Positions 1 to 12,099 of a stretch of 64,000 nt of DNA are shown in pieces. The notes under the pieces were generated by a model, which did no database searches, was not told the origin of the DNA, and saw only the letters and a list, made by a program, of their open reading frames with translations. The stretch is from Orbicella franksi (lineage: Eukaryota). The DNA is taken from the NCBI GenBank assembly GCA_964199315.1, contig OZ116700.1:11160001-11224000 (forward strand). The letters run 5' to 3'. Position 1 is the first letter of the stretch. Each line of letters begins with the position of its first letter. A program made the translations under genes and the position numbers.

Positions 1-108
1 GCGGAGGTCATGGGTTCGAATCCCGTTGAAGCCCTGATTTTTTCAGGCTTCTTCTTTCCAATTGCTTAAATTGGAAAATTTACTGCGATGATCATTCTCC
101 ACTTTCAT
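1..108 (+). mobile_element. 3' part of a tRNA-like (SINE-like) interspersed repeat, truncated by the window start
   Basis: GGAGGTCATGGGTTCGAATCCCGTTGAAGCC is a variable loop, T-arm (B-box GGTTCGAATCC) and acceptor 3' strand. It is followed by a tail (TTTTTTCAGGCTT...AACTGC/TACTGCGATGATCA) related to the copy at 41150-41475. Confidence 0.55.
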
Positions 109-143
109 GATGGTTAACTGTTATCATTTTTTTTTGTATACAG

Positions 144-3100
144 AAGGTGACCACCCTGGTGTTTTAAGTACAGCTATTCCAGGAATGGACACAGCATTAA
201 ACCCTGCAGAAGAGTTGCCAGATATTGATAGATATGACTTGGGAGAAAAAGGCTAGAAATGTTTACATTCTACCTGTCTTATCTTTTAAGCAGACTATTT
301 TCTCCCCTTTATCTTGCCATCTTGACCTCACGCTTGATTTACAATCAAGTTTAACATTAACAATGTTAAATAATGATGAAATTTATGAGACACAGTACAA
401 ATAACATGAATGCCTGTTCCTACAAAGTGTAGTAAGGTAACCCAAAACTCTTTGTGGGTCCTAGAAAAGTCTTTCTCACACTCATTAATAATTTATCAAA
501 TGAAAACAAAGGAAAATACAATCGTGAAGGAGGTTTGGATGCCCGGTCTTAATTAGCGTAGATTTTGACGATTTTACTTCTCTGTGTACTCCTTAGTTTT
601 TGTTTCGATAGAGAATATATATCAAACACTCGAGACAATGTTTTATTGGATATCCAAACACCTCACATTTCGTTAAAAATACCCGTTTGCATGTCATATT
701 TTCAACTCTCTTCCCAGTGTTTAGATATCCTGATGAAACACTGTCTCTCGTGCTTGATATTGTACTTCTCAAACTCATTAATAATTCATTAAGTTTGAAC
801 AAAAGAAATCATGACTGTGGCGGTGTTTGGATATTTGATCTTAATTAGCATAGCTTTTTACGATTTTCTTTCTCCATTTTCTCCTTAGTTTTAGTTTTGA
901 TTGAGAAGATTTATCAAACACTCAAGACAGTGTTTGACCACATTTCCAAATACCTCAAAGTTCGTCAAAAACACTCCGCTGGGCATCGTATTTTCAACTC
1001 TCTTCGCGGTGTTTGTAAATGTGGTCAAACATGGCCTTTCGTGTTTGAAATATTACTTGAAAGTCAGTTTTGACCTAGGGTGCAAACCTTGCAGGAGACT
1101 AAGTTAAGAAAAACATGATATTTAATAGTACTTTTGTGTTACTCTCTGTGGAATCAGTGGTAGTACTTCTTAAGTATACATAGGTTCCTGGGCTGATGAG
1201 AAGATAGATTCATAGAAAGCTGATGTGAATATGGCAATGATTTCTGGCTTGGTCTATCATTATTAAATTACTGTATAATGAAATTTCATGCTTGTTCTTC
1301 TGTTGCAGGTCCTTTATTTGGACTCAGCAACTCACCAGCAAACAAGACCACACCCATTCGCCCAAGGCAATCAGAACCACAAAATCCAGGATTCACTCTG
1401 CCTAATTTTAAAAACAGTCCAACTATTCCAGGGTTTGGCTCACTTGGAGAAGTTAACACAACCGTAGAAAATGGGAACTCCAATTTAAGACCAGATGCTC
1501 CACCATTCAAACCTGGAAGGCCAGGAGAAAGGAATCATGTGGGGCAATTTGAGCCCCCAGCCCCTCAGAGACTTATCCAGCCCAACAGCTTTAAAACTGA
1601 GAAGGGACCAAGGCCCTTTGATACACCTCAAGGAGACCAATTTACACCTGGAAGACCCAGAGGCGACTTTGAAACAGGAGGACCACGGAGAGAGTCATGG
1701 GATGAGCCCAGGGGTCCTTCTGGGGACTTTAAACCACCTAATTGGCGTGAGCAGGGTCCTAACGATTTTGGACATGGCAGAGATTTCAGGTCGGATGATG
1801 GAGGGCCAAATTTTAGGGGACCTCCTGGAGACAGGTTTCATGGACCCATGCCTGATAGGCAGGGCCTTTTAGGGTCACCACCAAGGCCTCTTGATATGGA
1901 CTCACGGCCTGGGTTACTCGGTGCTCCACCAACACAGAAGCCTCCTCAACTGATGCAGGGACCACCTGGATCCCAGGGAGGTCCCACAGGGCCAGGGGGA
2001 AATGATTTCCTTCATCAAGGTACACTGACATGATGAACCTCTGTGTTAAAGTGAAAATGATATTTTCCCTTTTGACTGGAATTTTGCAATGTGTAGTCTA
2101 GCTTTGCAGATCTACAGACTGCTAACTAGATTGGAAAATGAGGAGGGTCTTGTATATAGTGATGTCAAGTCAAGGTCTGGCCCTCTCTCTGTCACGCAAC
2201 GCTACGTTTTCGGGAGAGAGATACCCTCTCCCGAGAACATAGCGTTTCGTGACAGAGAGTGGGATAGAATAAGGGCTACTCAAATGATCCGCAGTTTTGC
2301 CATGAAATCGTTTATACACTAAACCACTAAATATTCTCTTCCGTTCAATTTTCTGTAATTCAACTTCCTAATTTATTTTGTCCTGTCCGTTAACGTTGAT
2401 GGGATTCATTACATAGGTTTACTACCGAACAGACAGACCCTTCCTCCTCAGTGGTTTAAGGGTGTATCAAGGAGGGCAAGCTATTTGTATTATAGTACAT
2501 CTGCTTCACTGACGTAGAAACATTGTGTTCCCGTCTTTGTCTGGTGGAGTTTGGGTTAAAGTTTGTTAGGGCAGGGTTGCTTAAGTAATGATGCAGTCAG
2601 AACAAAACGCGGGGAAGCTTAAATGGAGTACTTTTGTTTCCTTTTTTGTGCAGGTTCTGGACCGAACAACGACCCCAGGCAAGACCCGGGATCTTGGCGA
2701 CCACATCCTAATGAACGTGAAGGTGACAGGAATGAACTATCACCAAGATTTGACATGAACGATCCACGCACTAGGCATCCACATGACCTCAGCTCAAGGG
2801 GCTTTAGAAGGGGTGGCCCCCGTGGACGGGGCCATGATTCCCCTCCACATCATGGCCCTGAGATGGAAGGGCCCAACCAAAGGTCCCATCCATTTCTTAA
2901 CAAGCTTAGTTCAAGAGGTTTCAAGAGTAGTACTCAAGGGATGCATGAAAATAGGGATCCTCGCTGGGGAGGATCCTCAAATGAGCCCCCTCAAGGAAGA
3001 GGCCCTGAAGAACCACCTGGTGAGGAGTGTTCATATTGTAATGAAATTGATATAGTGATTGCACGAGCTATGATGCGCGTGCTAAGATGTATAACGGTTG

Positions 3101-4571
3101 TATTTGTATGTATACTCGCACGAGTTCTAAGACTACGAGACGGTTATATGGCGAGTACACGGAATGCGCAATATACTCGTAATACAGGATATATAAGGGA
3201 CTCACGTTATGTGGTGACCTGTGTGTGTGAGTAGAGTTGCTGTGTACGAGTAAGCTAAACGTTAGGAGTCGAGTAATTAAGCCGTTCGCTGTTGGGCTCT
3301 TAGAGTGGAAGTTGTTGTCGCTCGCGCGTTACAATATTATATCTTTGATCATCACATGTTTCATTCCGTTTAGTTGTCTAGTACGTGAATTTATCACAAA
3401 AATGTTAAGTAAATTTACACATTCTTTACCAAGGATTCAAGAAGTCTAAAACTCTTCCTTTTTACAAAAAAAAAAAAACAAAGAAAAAATGGTTTCTTTG
3501 CGTCTGTTGCTTTGGTTTCTTGACTTTGGCAGACCTCTGTCTTTCTGGAGAAAGTTTTATGATTATTTTCAACTACTAATGTCGACGTTGATTCCTTCCC
3601 ATTGTAGGGCTTTTCGATCGCCGGGATAGCTGGGGATCTTCTCACGATCCCCGCGGGCCTCAACGGGAAGATCCCAGGGATCCCCGGATGATGAGGGGTC
3701 CTCCAGGTCCCCCAAGGCAGGATCAGAACCCGCCTAGCACGAACGAGAACAAGCCAGCTATACGGCCATTAATGAGCCTCAGTCCCCCACCTCTTCCAAT
3801 CGGCCAGCAGGGCTTTGATTTCAATCTGGATCTTGATGATGATTCTTGGACAGGAGGAGCTCCGGACAGGCGAGGTAGAAAGCGGTCTGGGGAGCAAGAG
3901 AGTTTCAGGGATGGGGATCGAGATAGAGGGCCTCCAAAGGCCTTGCGACCAGAGGACGAGTGGAGAAGGGGCCCAGGTAAGAAAGCCTTCGTCTACCAAA
4001 TGGAGCTGTTGTTAATTGTGTTTATCTTGCTTCTGCGCCTGTTAAGTTCGCTGTAGAGTACTCTTTTGTTAGTAGGCGAAAGTACATTTTGTGCAGCTTG
4101 GTATTATACTATTTTCCTTAGCTCTATTATTCGCTTAAATACTATACATCATGCTCTTACCACCAAGAAAAATCCCGTACTGTTTTTACCGATTCGATAC
4201 AAAACCAATAGCAGTAATTTACGCACTGGCAGTGATAGAGTCATTAGGCAATGAAGAACATAGCGACTAGCCAGAAGTACTTTGGTTTCGTCTGTACTAG
4301 GCATTCAAAATTTATGTTGTAGTTGGACCTGTAGGTTCGTGTTATCTCAGACAGACCTGTAGAAAGAGAGATAGAAGCTATGCATTTTGCTTCTCCTTTA
4401 GATCAAGGTCCACCAGATGGTTGGAGAGGCCCGGAAGAGCATTCGGATGATGGGGCCTGGCACGAGGACTTCCCAAGAGGCGACTTTGGGCCTGGGCCTG
4501 AAGGAGATGGCGCCATGAGAGGACGAGGAAAGCCAAGAGGAGGGAGGAGAGGGCGGGGTGTAAGGAGATAA
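144..4571 (+). CDS. 3' part of a spliced gene for a low-complexity Pro/Gly/Arg-rich protein ending in an RGG tail; possibly WDR33-like (unconfirmed)
   Basis: Exons 144-251(?), 1309-2019, 2654-3019, 3608-3976, 4402-4571 (TAA). The last four are joined by canonical GT-AG phase-1 introns with an unbroken frame (...GPLFGLSNSP...GSGPNNDPRQ...GLFDRRDSWG...DQGPPDGW...RGGRRGRGVRR*). The STAIPGMD motif, GP-rich tract and RG terminus resemble the WDR33 C-terminal half from memory. No WD40 domain lies in the window, so the identity is tentative. Confidence 0.75.
481..1060. repeat. Head-to-tail dimer (about 293-bp period) of a foldback interspersed element
   Basis: CTCATTAATAATT at 481 and 774; CTTAATTAGC..TAG at 549 and 840. 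Each unit ends in a long imperfect inverted repeat (e.g. ATATCAAACACTCGAGACAATG... / ...CACTGTCTCTCGTGCTTGATAT). Confidence 0.7.
2184..2259. repeat. Intronic hairpin / short foldback MITE remnant
   Basis: CTCTCTGTCACGCAACGCTACGTTTTCGGGAGAG and CTCTCCCGAGAACATAGCGTTTCGTGACAGAGAG form an imperfect inverted repeat around a short loop. Confidence 0.6.
3037..3333 (+). mobile_element. Solo LTR (297 bp) of an LTR retrotransposon
   Basis: Termini TGTAA...TTACA; 4-bp direct flanks ATAT (3033-3036 and 3334-3337); internal TATATAA at 3190-3196. Confidence 0.7.
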
Positions 4572-5145
4572 CACCTGCTACTAACTACCACCCTGCCAGT
4601 GAGCGGGAATGATCTCTATCGTTGATGTTAGCACAAAGGATCAAGACATCTACACCTAATTGCCCTCCTCTGTTGTGTTTTACGCAATGCACACGAGGAG
4701 ATAAAAGGGACTTTAAGGATAACTTGGACTATATCTGGGATGACAACTTCAGTAAGACTTAACCGTGTTGTAAAAAGGCTCTGATGTCGAGAAAGGCTAC
4801 AGCCGTAAAGTTTTAAATATTTCATTATTTTATAGATTATTATCCTTGCATTTCTTGTATATTCCATCTTTCTTTGGCAGATTTTGTTTTTCAAAACGCT
4901 TCTTCACATGTAAATTACGCGATTTTGTTTCAATGCAAAAAATGTGACATGGGTGCCCCGGCTTGGGGAAAACTCGAGATTTATTTGTTGCTTCTTTCTA
5001 CAAGCGTAATCTTAATTCTCAAGAGTAGTCAAGATGTCCTATTCCTGAACAACACCAATATTATCAAGGAGACAGATGTTGACAATGTTTAAAGATCGTC
5101 AACCAGGGGGATTTTGTGTTGATGCGTTGGCAATTAATATATTAT

Positions 5146-5281
5146 CAGGCTAATTTTCTAACTTGGCCCAGAGGCTTAGGGGAATAGAACAAAGGAAATT
5201 GATCATTTATCCCTCAACCTCAATGTGATTTCTTTTGTTTTATTCCCCTAAGCTTCAGAACCAAGTTAGAAAATTGGCCTA
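5146..5281. repeat. Foldback element
   Basis: AGGCTAATTTTCTAACTTGG...CTTAGGGGAATAGAACAAAGGAAAT is inverted against ATTTCTTTTGTTTTATTCCCCTAAG...CCAAGTTAGAAAATTGGCCT. Confidence 0.55.
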
Positions 5282-5553
5282 TTTTCAGCACTATCATTCA
5301 AGGAGATGTACAGCAAATTAGTGAGGGAAACCGAGATTTTAAGAGGGACAGGATAGTTGCTGCTGAGTTCCGTTCACTGTATTCTGCTTGTGATTTCTTT
5401 TATATATGATATATTCGAAATATACCACTAACTATAAAACATCCTCTTGTAACAGTGTGTCCTATTATTATTCAATTAAGAATTATCTCTTTTCTGTTCC
5501 CTGCCCTGTGGTGTTCACTGATTTACTCCCTTGTATTTTCCTCGGTATGTTTT

Positions 5554-5804
5554 CATTCTCGTCCCCAGACGGCGCGCTCCTTTTGGTCCACTAAAAATCG
5601 AGACCTCTGGAAAGGTCCAATTTTCTGAGCATGCGCAGAGTAATCGTATTGTACTCTCAACCAATCAGATTTGTCAGACTTGACTCTGCGCATGCGCAGA
5701 GTGACGGGAAGTCCGTGAATCGCGGACTTCCGGTGTTGGACCTTCCCAGAGGTCGCGATTCTTGGTGCTGACCAAAGGGAGCGCGGCCTCTGGGGACGAA
5801 TATG
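5554..5804. mobile_element. MITE with terminal inverted repeats
   Basis: Left CATTCTCGTCCCCAGACGGCGCGCTCC versus right GGAGCGCGGCCTCTGGGGACGAATATG; internal GCGCATGCGC palindromes. Confidence 0.7.
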
Positions 5805-6448
5805 AGTATGTTTTGTGAAGTTTTCCCTTTCCTGTTTTTTTCTGTAATATCAATGAATATTTAACATGGCCCGTAAAACAATTCATTTGGTGAGCAAACC
5901 GAGTGACTTCCATTAGTAAAGTAAAACAAGGCGAGTGGGATGTGAGAAAAAATAAACCCCCGTGGCAGGTTGGTGAAGTGGTAAGATTTCAGCCAGTTAA
6001 TTTGAAGTTGGCGAGTTCGACCAACGGTTTGTGTTCATATAAGTATTGGAAAATAAACATGTTCAAGTCACTAACGTAATGTAAATTTTATTACGTCACT
6101 TAACTTGAAGAATCAGGTGTCTTTCTGAAATAGCCTTGCGGTATGACCTCGCGCTAAAATTAGATTGAAAAGCAAAATCATTGGAAGAGGCCCATGTATG
6201 GGGATGTGTTCTGTTGAAACCAAAAATGTAGTGCTGTCATGGAAGTATTTATATGTGTTGTGTTGTTATTTGGTAGAATTTATACACCCGACTTTATACA
6301 GGTAACCTTTGTAAAAACTATTGATCAGCATTGTTTCGATAGTAGGTTCTTATCCCTTTCCTTCTACTTAGACAAAAGCTGCAGGTCCTGATCCTTTCCT
6401 CTACACACTCCACAAGTCCTTGATAAACCTCCTCAAGTTATAGGCTCT

Positions 6449-6595
6449 CAGGAGCGTAACTAGGGGGGTGGTCCTGGGGTGCCCGTGACCCCCCCTTTTG
6501 TAAGCGAAAACGACATGACAATCTGGTGAGTACCCTCACTTTGACACCGTGTGACCCCCGCCCCTCCCCTTTGAAAAGTCCTGGCTACGCCTCTG
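6449..6595. mobile_element. Short non-autonomous DNA transposon with 6-bp TSD (hAT-like)
   Basis: TIRs CAGGAGCGTAACTAGG / CCTGGCTACGCCTCTG; direct flanks GGCTCT at 6443-6448 and 6596-6601. Confidence 0.65.
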
Positions 6596-7399
6596 GGCTC
6601 TCGATATAGCAAAACTGCAGCCAAGCCCCCTTCCCTCTTCGACGTACAACACTGCGCAAAAGGAAGGAAATTCATCTTCTTTGTTCTCCGCAAACTGTCA
6701 GCAGAGTTCACCAAAATTTTAGAACAAATTAACCACACGATGCCTTTTCAGTGGAATTCGCGAACGCAGCAGTAACAAATATTCACCTAGACAAAAATTC
6801 AGAAGAACAAAAATTCAGACTGCTATATAACGAAATTTCAGTCTAGTTGAATTTTGTACAAACAAAATGAAGCAAGTAAAAAATCGTAGTACAATAGTCA
6901 TCAACGGTTTCAAACAATTGATAGAGTGCATCTAATAATATAATGTTAAATACATTGTGGTCTATAGTTTGTATCCAATGCGGTTGAGAAGACTGCCTTC
7001 TTATCCGAGGGAAATCTAGTTCAGGCAGCTAAAATGCGGATAAAGTTTTTTTAAATTATGGATAAAAAGAAAGGAAATGTCTTTTTCAAACGTCCAAAAC
7101 AGTTTTAATGTGTGAAAACTGCCTCGCGGCGATTAATAGGTCATTCCAAGTTGCCCTCTCCTTCTGTGTCAAAACGAGTCTGCGAAACCATTCATATGAA
7201 AATGTGTTCCACCTACAGGTTCATTGTTATGTCGTTGAAAACTCATTTTCATATAAAAGGTTTTGCACGAGGACTCGGTTTGAAACAGAGGCAAAAGGTA
7301 ACTTGGAGATTTACTGCTGACCACCTGTTTGCTGCAGCCAATTTAGTTTTGCTCTGTTGTTTGTTCTGTTATGCAGCAAGGATCGGGCCTAAAACACCA

Positions 7400-7625
7400 C
7401 ACGAGTACATACGAGTAATATACGAGTACATACAAGTAAATACAAGTAACGTGCGAGTACATACGAGTAACATACAAGTACATACGAGTAACATACGAGT
7501 AACATACGAGTAACATACGAGTAACATACGAGTAACATACGAGTACATACAAGTAACGTACGAGTACATACGAGTAACATACGAGTACATACAGAAACAT
7601 ACGAGTACATACAGAAACATACGGA
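7400..7625. repeat. 11-bp minisatellite (TACGAGTAACA)n with variants
   Basis: Directly visible repeated units; they explain the repetitive ORFs 7343-7699 and 7369-7620. Confidence 0.9.
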
Positions 7626-7779
7626 AATGTACAGGTTATAGACGAATAAATGAGAGCAACATACGATGGCAGGAGGGTAATAAACATTAAACGTACCATT
7701 TTTCTCTTTACATTTCATTTTTTCTCGTGCGCGAGTCATGTCTTGCACACACACGCGAGCGCACAAAAGTACCATACAC

Positions 7780-8005
7780 GTGCGCGTACTACCCCATGCC
7801 CATGTGCCACATACCTGCGCGCACCACGCCCATGCCCTGTGCCACATACCTGCGCGTACCACACCCATGCCCATGTGCCACATACGTGTGCGTACCACAC
7901 CCATGCCCATGTGCCACATACGTGCGCGCACCACACCCATGCTCATGTGCCACACACGTGCGCGCACCACACCCATGCCCATGTGCCACATACGTGCGTC
8001 CGCCA
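7780..8005. repeat. 36-bp minisatellite (CCCATGCCCATGTGCCACATACGTGCGCGCACCACA) x about 6
   Basis: Directly visible; gives 12-aa periodic ORFs on both strands. Confidence 0.9.
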
Positions 8006-11000
8006 TACGCGCAACACACACGCACAAACAAGCCTGAGCGCTGATGTGATATGATGCGACGTTAGCGCGTCAAATAAACGAAGATTACGATGATTGCACA
8101 CAAGATTTCGCGCGCGCAAGTGTCTCAGAATTATTTTCCTCGAAATAATAGCAAAGTAAAAACTTCGAGGTGTCTGTGTGGCGTGCTGTTCAATGAATTG
8201 AACCCCTCTCCCTTTCCTCAAGTAAGGGGTAAAACTTTCAAATTTGCAAATTTTGCTTACTCTTTTAACATATCTACATTCAACGGTAATCAATCGTTGA
8301 GCATAGTTCAGACAACGAAACAGTTCTCGGCAGTAGTCGTTAGCTGGGAGGAGCCGCCGAACATTTGATTGACGGTAGCGAAAAACGCATTTGTCGGTTG
8401 AGCTTTGAATTTTAGAGTCCGCATGTTATTGAAATTAAACGCTCGGTAAAGTTGTGTTAAAGCGTTGCATCATGGATTGAAAAGAGTTCACATTTCCTTT
8501 GCGAAATATAACTGACAGGGAATAAACAATCTTTGAGCTAGCAGTAAAACTTGTAAGAAGAATGTGGAGTCAGATTTTTGCTTACGTTTGTTTTAAATGT
8601 CTTGGCATCAGGATTAAAACGACTTAAATGCAATCTCTTTTTTAAATATCACAGGGTGGAAACAATCTTCTCAGCCACATGTAGCAGTAAAACTTGCGGA
8701 AGGAATGTACACTCTGAGGTTTTACTTGAAGTTGCGTCAAAACACTGCATCAGGGACTGATCTTTTTTGTTCCACCTGTCAGTTGTAGGAAACCCTATTG
8801 ATAAAGGTTCGGAAACACCGCGGCCCCCCAAAAAGCAAATGCAATCCTATAACTCTAGGGAATTCAATGAGCTGATTTGACACTAACATGTAATGCGCAC
8901 TTTTAAGAGAATCAACAAACAGGTATAAATCACAAAGAATAATTGTCTTAATCGTCTTTAAGAGCCAAATCAGGACAGATCGAGGCAGAATTACCGGAAG
9001 TGAAAATGCGCTCCTGTTTGCTCTACGTAGCGTTACACTTGGATTACACTTGCTTGGTTTGGCTATGGATGACACTAAACAAGTGACACGAGCCAGCTCA
9101 AGACAAAGGGCCTTTGATTAAGCTGGTAACCAATATGCAGAAACAATTAAAAGAGTGGATCACCCTGTGCAAACGAAGGCAAAATAAACACAAATCTTTG
9201 TAAGGATAAGCAAGAGGCAACAATGGACTTGATAAACAAATTTTATAAAGATGTAAGGAAGACCTGAATTTTTTATTTTGGCTCAAAACAAACCGTCATC
9301 AGCTCTGAAAGCTTTCATCGCAAGTTCTCCGTGCGTTCCGCTATTCGCAACCCTTCTCTTTCCCCTTGGAATCCCGGCGAGCTTTTTCCATGCAACGGTA
9401 CAGTGATAAGGAAAGCCGAAGCTTTCTTTTTCATCATAATTGTACGCAATTTCACCGCAAGCACGTGACTCTCTACGCCTAGGACTAGTTACGCAAAGAC
9501 TGACAAAGTCACGTGGACAAATCTTGCATTTCCCGCCAAAGACGAAATACAACTAGCTTTAGCTAAATTAAAAACAAGGATCGTGACTTAGACAACCTTG
9601 CTCTTTGGCCATTTTTTCTGAACTTAAGTAGTGACCAGCCATCCAGCGGTTTTAGTGTGGCATGAGATGAACGGATCGTGGCATGCGAGAAAAAAAAAAT
9701 TGATATAAATATTTGAAAAATGCCTTTTTGTGATTACACAGTCCATACTATCCACTATACGGGGCAGCCTGGACTCCATTTAAACAACGGAAATCCAAAT
9801 CAAAGTTCTAGCAAAACAAAGCGTGCAAAGGGTGTTGTTTGTGAAACATTCGTGACGTATTTGTTAGCTGATTGGTCTAATCTCATTTTGCATATTCATG
9901 ATGACCATTGCTGACATGAGGTCCTTGTTTGTCATTTTACGATGTTTGCCGTCGGAGTAAAATGTGTATTGTTGCCTTCCACACGAGAAACAAATCTGAC
10001 TTTGAAGAAGAAATGGCGTCGACGTTTGGGAAAGACAAGTCGGTTGTCACCCATTTCTCTCAATGGTTAGTATCAATTTCTTTGCACTCTCCCTTCGCAA
10101 GTAATATTTCAACCACGTGCGCTCGCCGGACATTGTAGGTACACGTTTCGTGTTGAACTTCAGAACAACCGTTTGGCTTTAGAAACTGATCTTAAAGCGT
10201 ACATTAAAAGCTAGTTCAGGAACCACACGAGACGTTTAAGTTCTTAGCGGTTTTTTTTTTTCCACGAGTGTGTGGCTTTCTTTGTGAAAGTGGCGTTTCT
10301 TTGTGATACGTTGCCGTGTACTTGTCAACGCCCACTCATGCTTAACAATTCACTGTGAATTTTTTATTCCTCATTTACTCGTTTGTTTCCACACTTGGGT
10401 TTTTTCGTTACGCAATTTTTATGTTCTTTTTTCAGAGAGTAAACGAAAGCAAAAGGACATCAACAGGATTCAAGCAGGGAGGATGAAGACAAAGTTGAGA
10501 ATAGCATTGGAGAAATTGGTTAAATTGAAACCTCTCCGACAAGAAATAGCAGTTTTGAAACTAGAGAAGATACAATCGAGTTCAAAACTTCGTTGTTTAA
10601 AATCGTTCTGTTGGTTGAAAGTCTTATGTTTTTTCTTGGCTTAAACATTTGCATTCCTCGAATGACATCCGGGAGCGAAAGAAAACAAATTCGGTAGTGA
10701 TTGCTAATTCTGCCATGACGGAAAGGTTCCAACCGTTTTCGAGTTATCATTTAGCACATGTTTTCAAATTGAAGGGAGTTTCATTCTTTGCTCGAGTGAT
10801 CTTCAACTTGATTGAATTAAATTTTTTCGGTCAGCATTTGCATGCTTTACTACGGGTATTTTGTCGAGGTCGAGTATTTTATTATTTTTTTTCGTTTGAA
10901 AATTCCAAATTGGTGTACAATCGCTCAACTCCCCTATTAAGTTTGAAAACCTGTTACTAGGCGATAACTTTTGTAGAGTAATTTAAGGTGGCGCTGCATG

Positions 11001-12099
11001 TTCAAATCAAACCGTAGAAGTAACTATAGGTTACGTGATCATGTCAATCATAAAAACTTCTGTTTTGAAATGGACTGGACAAACAATTCGACACTGAACA
11101 TCTTAATTTGTCTTGTTCTCCAGAATCGCATTAAGCAGAAAGTTTTACGAAGACCTAGTTTCACTTATGATGTGTATTGTCTGTTGGAGGGCAATGCCCT
11201 TGTTCAAAATCAGCATTAAATGATTAGATGGCTGGTCGTGGGAAATTGTTTTAGCTTACATATCAAACTTCATGTTGTCGGTGAATTATTTCTAGTCTTC
11301 AAATCTTAGTATTTTCAGATGCGTAATTAAATAAGTGCCTTGATCGATTCTTGGAATGGACGTGAACATTTGTGATTTATTTTTCCTTTTTTCCAGAAAG
11401 GTCACGGTGATTAATTCATCTGATGTGAATTGTGTACGTTAAAAGAGAAATTTCTTTGCTCAAAATTAACTAATGACCGAATTGATCTAAAAATGCTGCT
11501 GCTTGCATTGAAGTTAAATGAGTGTTCAGTATAACTATCGAACAATTTCTATGGTTTCTTTCTTCGTCATTTGAAATTATGAAACATTTTATCGAATTCC
11601 TGGAATAGTTGACGATTCGTTTGTTCGCAGCTTCATTTAGCTTAATTTTTGAATATTTGAAACATTTCTTGACATGATCACAACATACTATTCGCCTTCT
11701 TCCTTGTTTCGCTCGTGTTCCTTTTTTTGTTTGACCCCAACATATTTTGACGTTTGTCGTGTATTGACATGTAGAGCTACCTTGAAAATAAATCATTCTA
11801 GAAGAGGATATTGGGTTTCTGAATTGATCTTCGGATGCTGAAAATACTAAGATTAATCGACGGATATTCTTTTATACATTTCTGTACGGAAAACGTCAGG
11901 TTTACATATTTTTTCTTGGGACGCAAAAAGGTCAATCAGAAACCAAATACATCCTCTTGTTTAACTTTCAGCGAGGCTGCAATGAATTATGTCTGGTATC
12001 AAGCAACTCTTTCCATTACCGCTTTTAAAAAATGTAGGTCTTATTATCTGATTTTTCAAATTGTTTTGTCTTTCATTTGTACTATCAGATATATTGTGT

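Noticed and set aside
1191-1250. CTGATGA...GAAA / CTGA motifs suggesting a hammerhead ribozyme or C/D snoRNA
   Set aside because: No stem II closing pair, no stem III, and no terminal stem or convincing D box spacing.
2623-3234. 203-aa ORF as a single coding unit
   Set aside because: Only 2654-3019 is exon; the rest is read-through into the intron and the solo LTR.
7343-8054. Long His/Cys- or Tyr/Val-rich ORFs on both strands
   Set aside because: They arise from stop-free 11-bp and 36-bp minisatellites and are open in several frames at once.
8960-9110. QIRTDRG...ITGSEN...LLFAL reading resembling an integrase-core fragment
   Set aside because: Spacing is wrong and only a few residues match; it cannot be distinguished from chance without a profile search.
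9283-9552. KKLAGI...RVANSG resembling a tyrosine recombinase box
   Set aside because: Catalytic H-x-x-R is absent and there is no flanking similarity.
10010-10520. ATGGCG start with donor and acceptor suggesting a + strand gene
   Set aside because: The only obvious splice creates an immediate TGA; no consistent frame was found.
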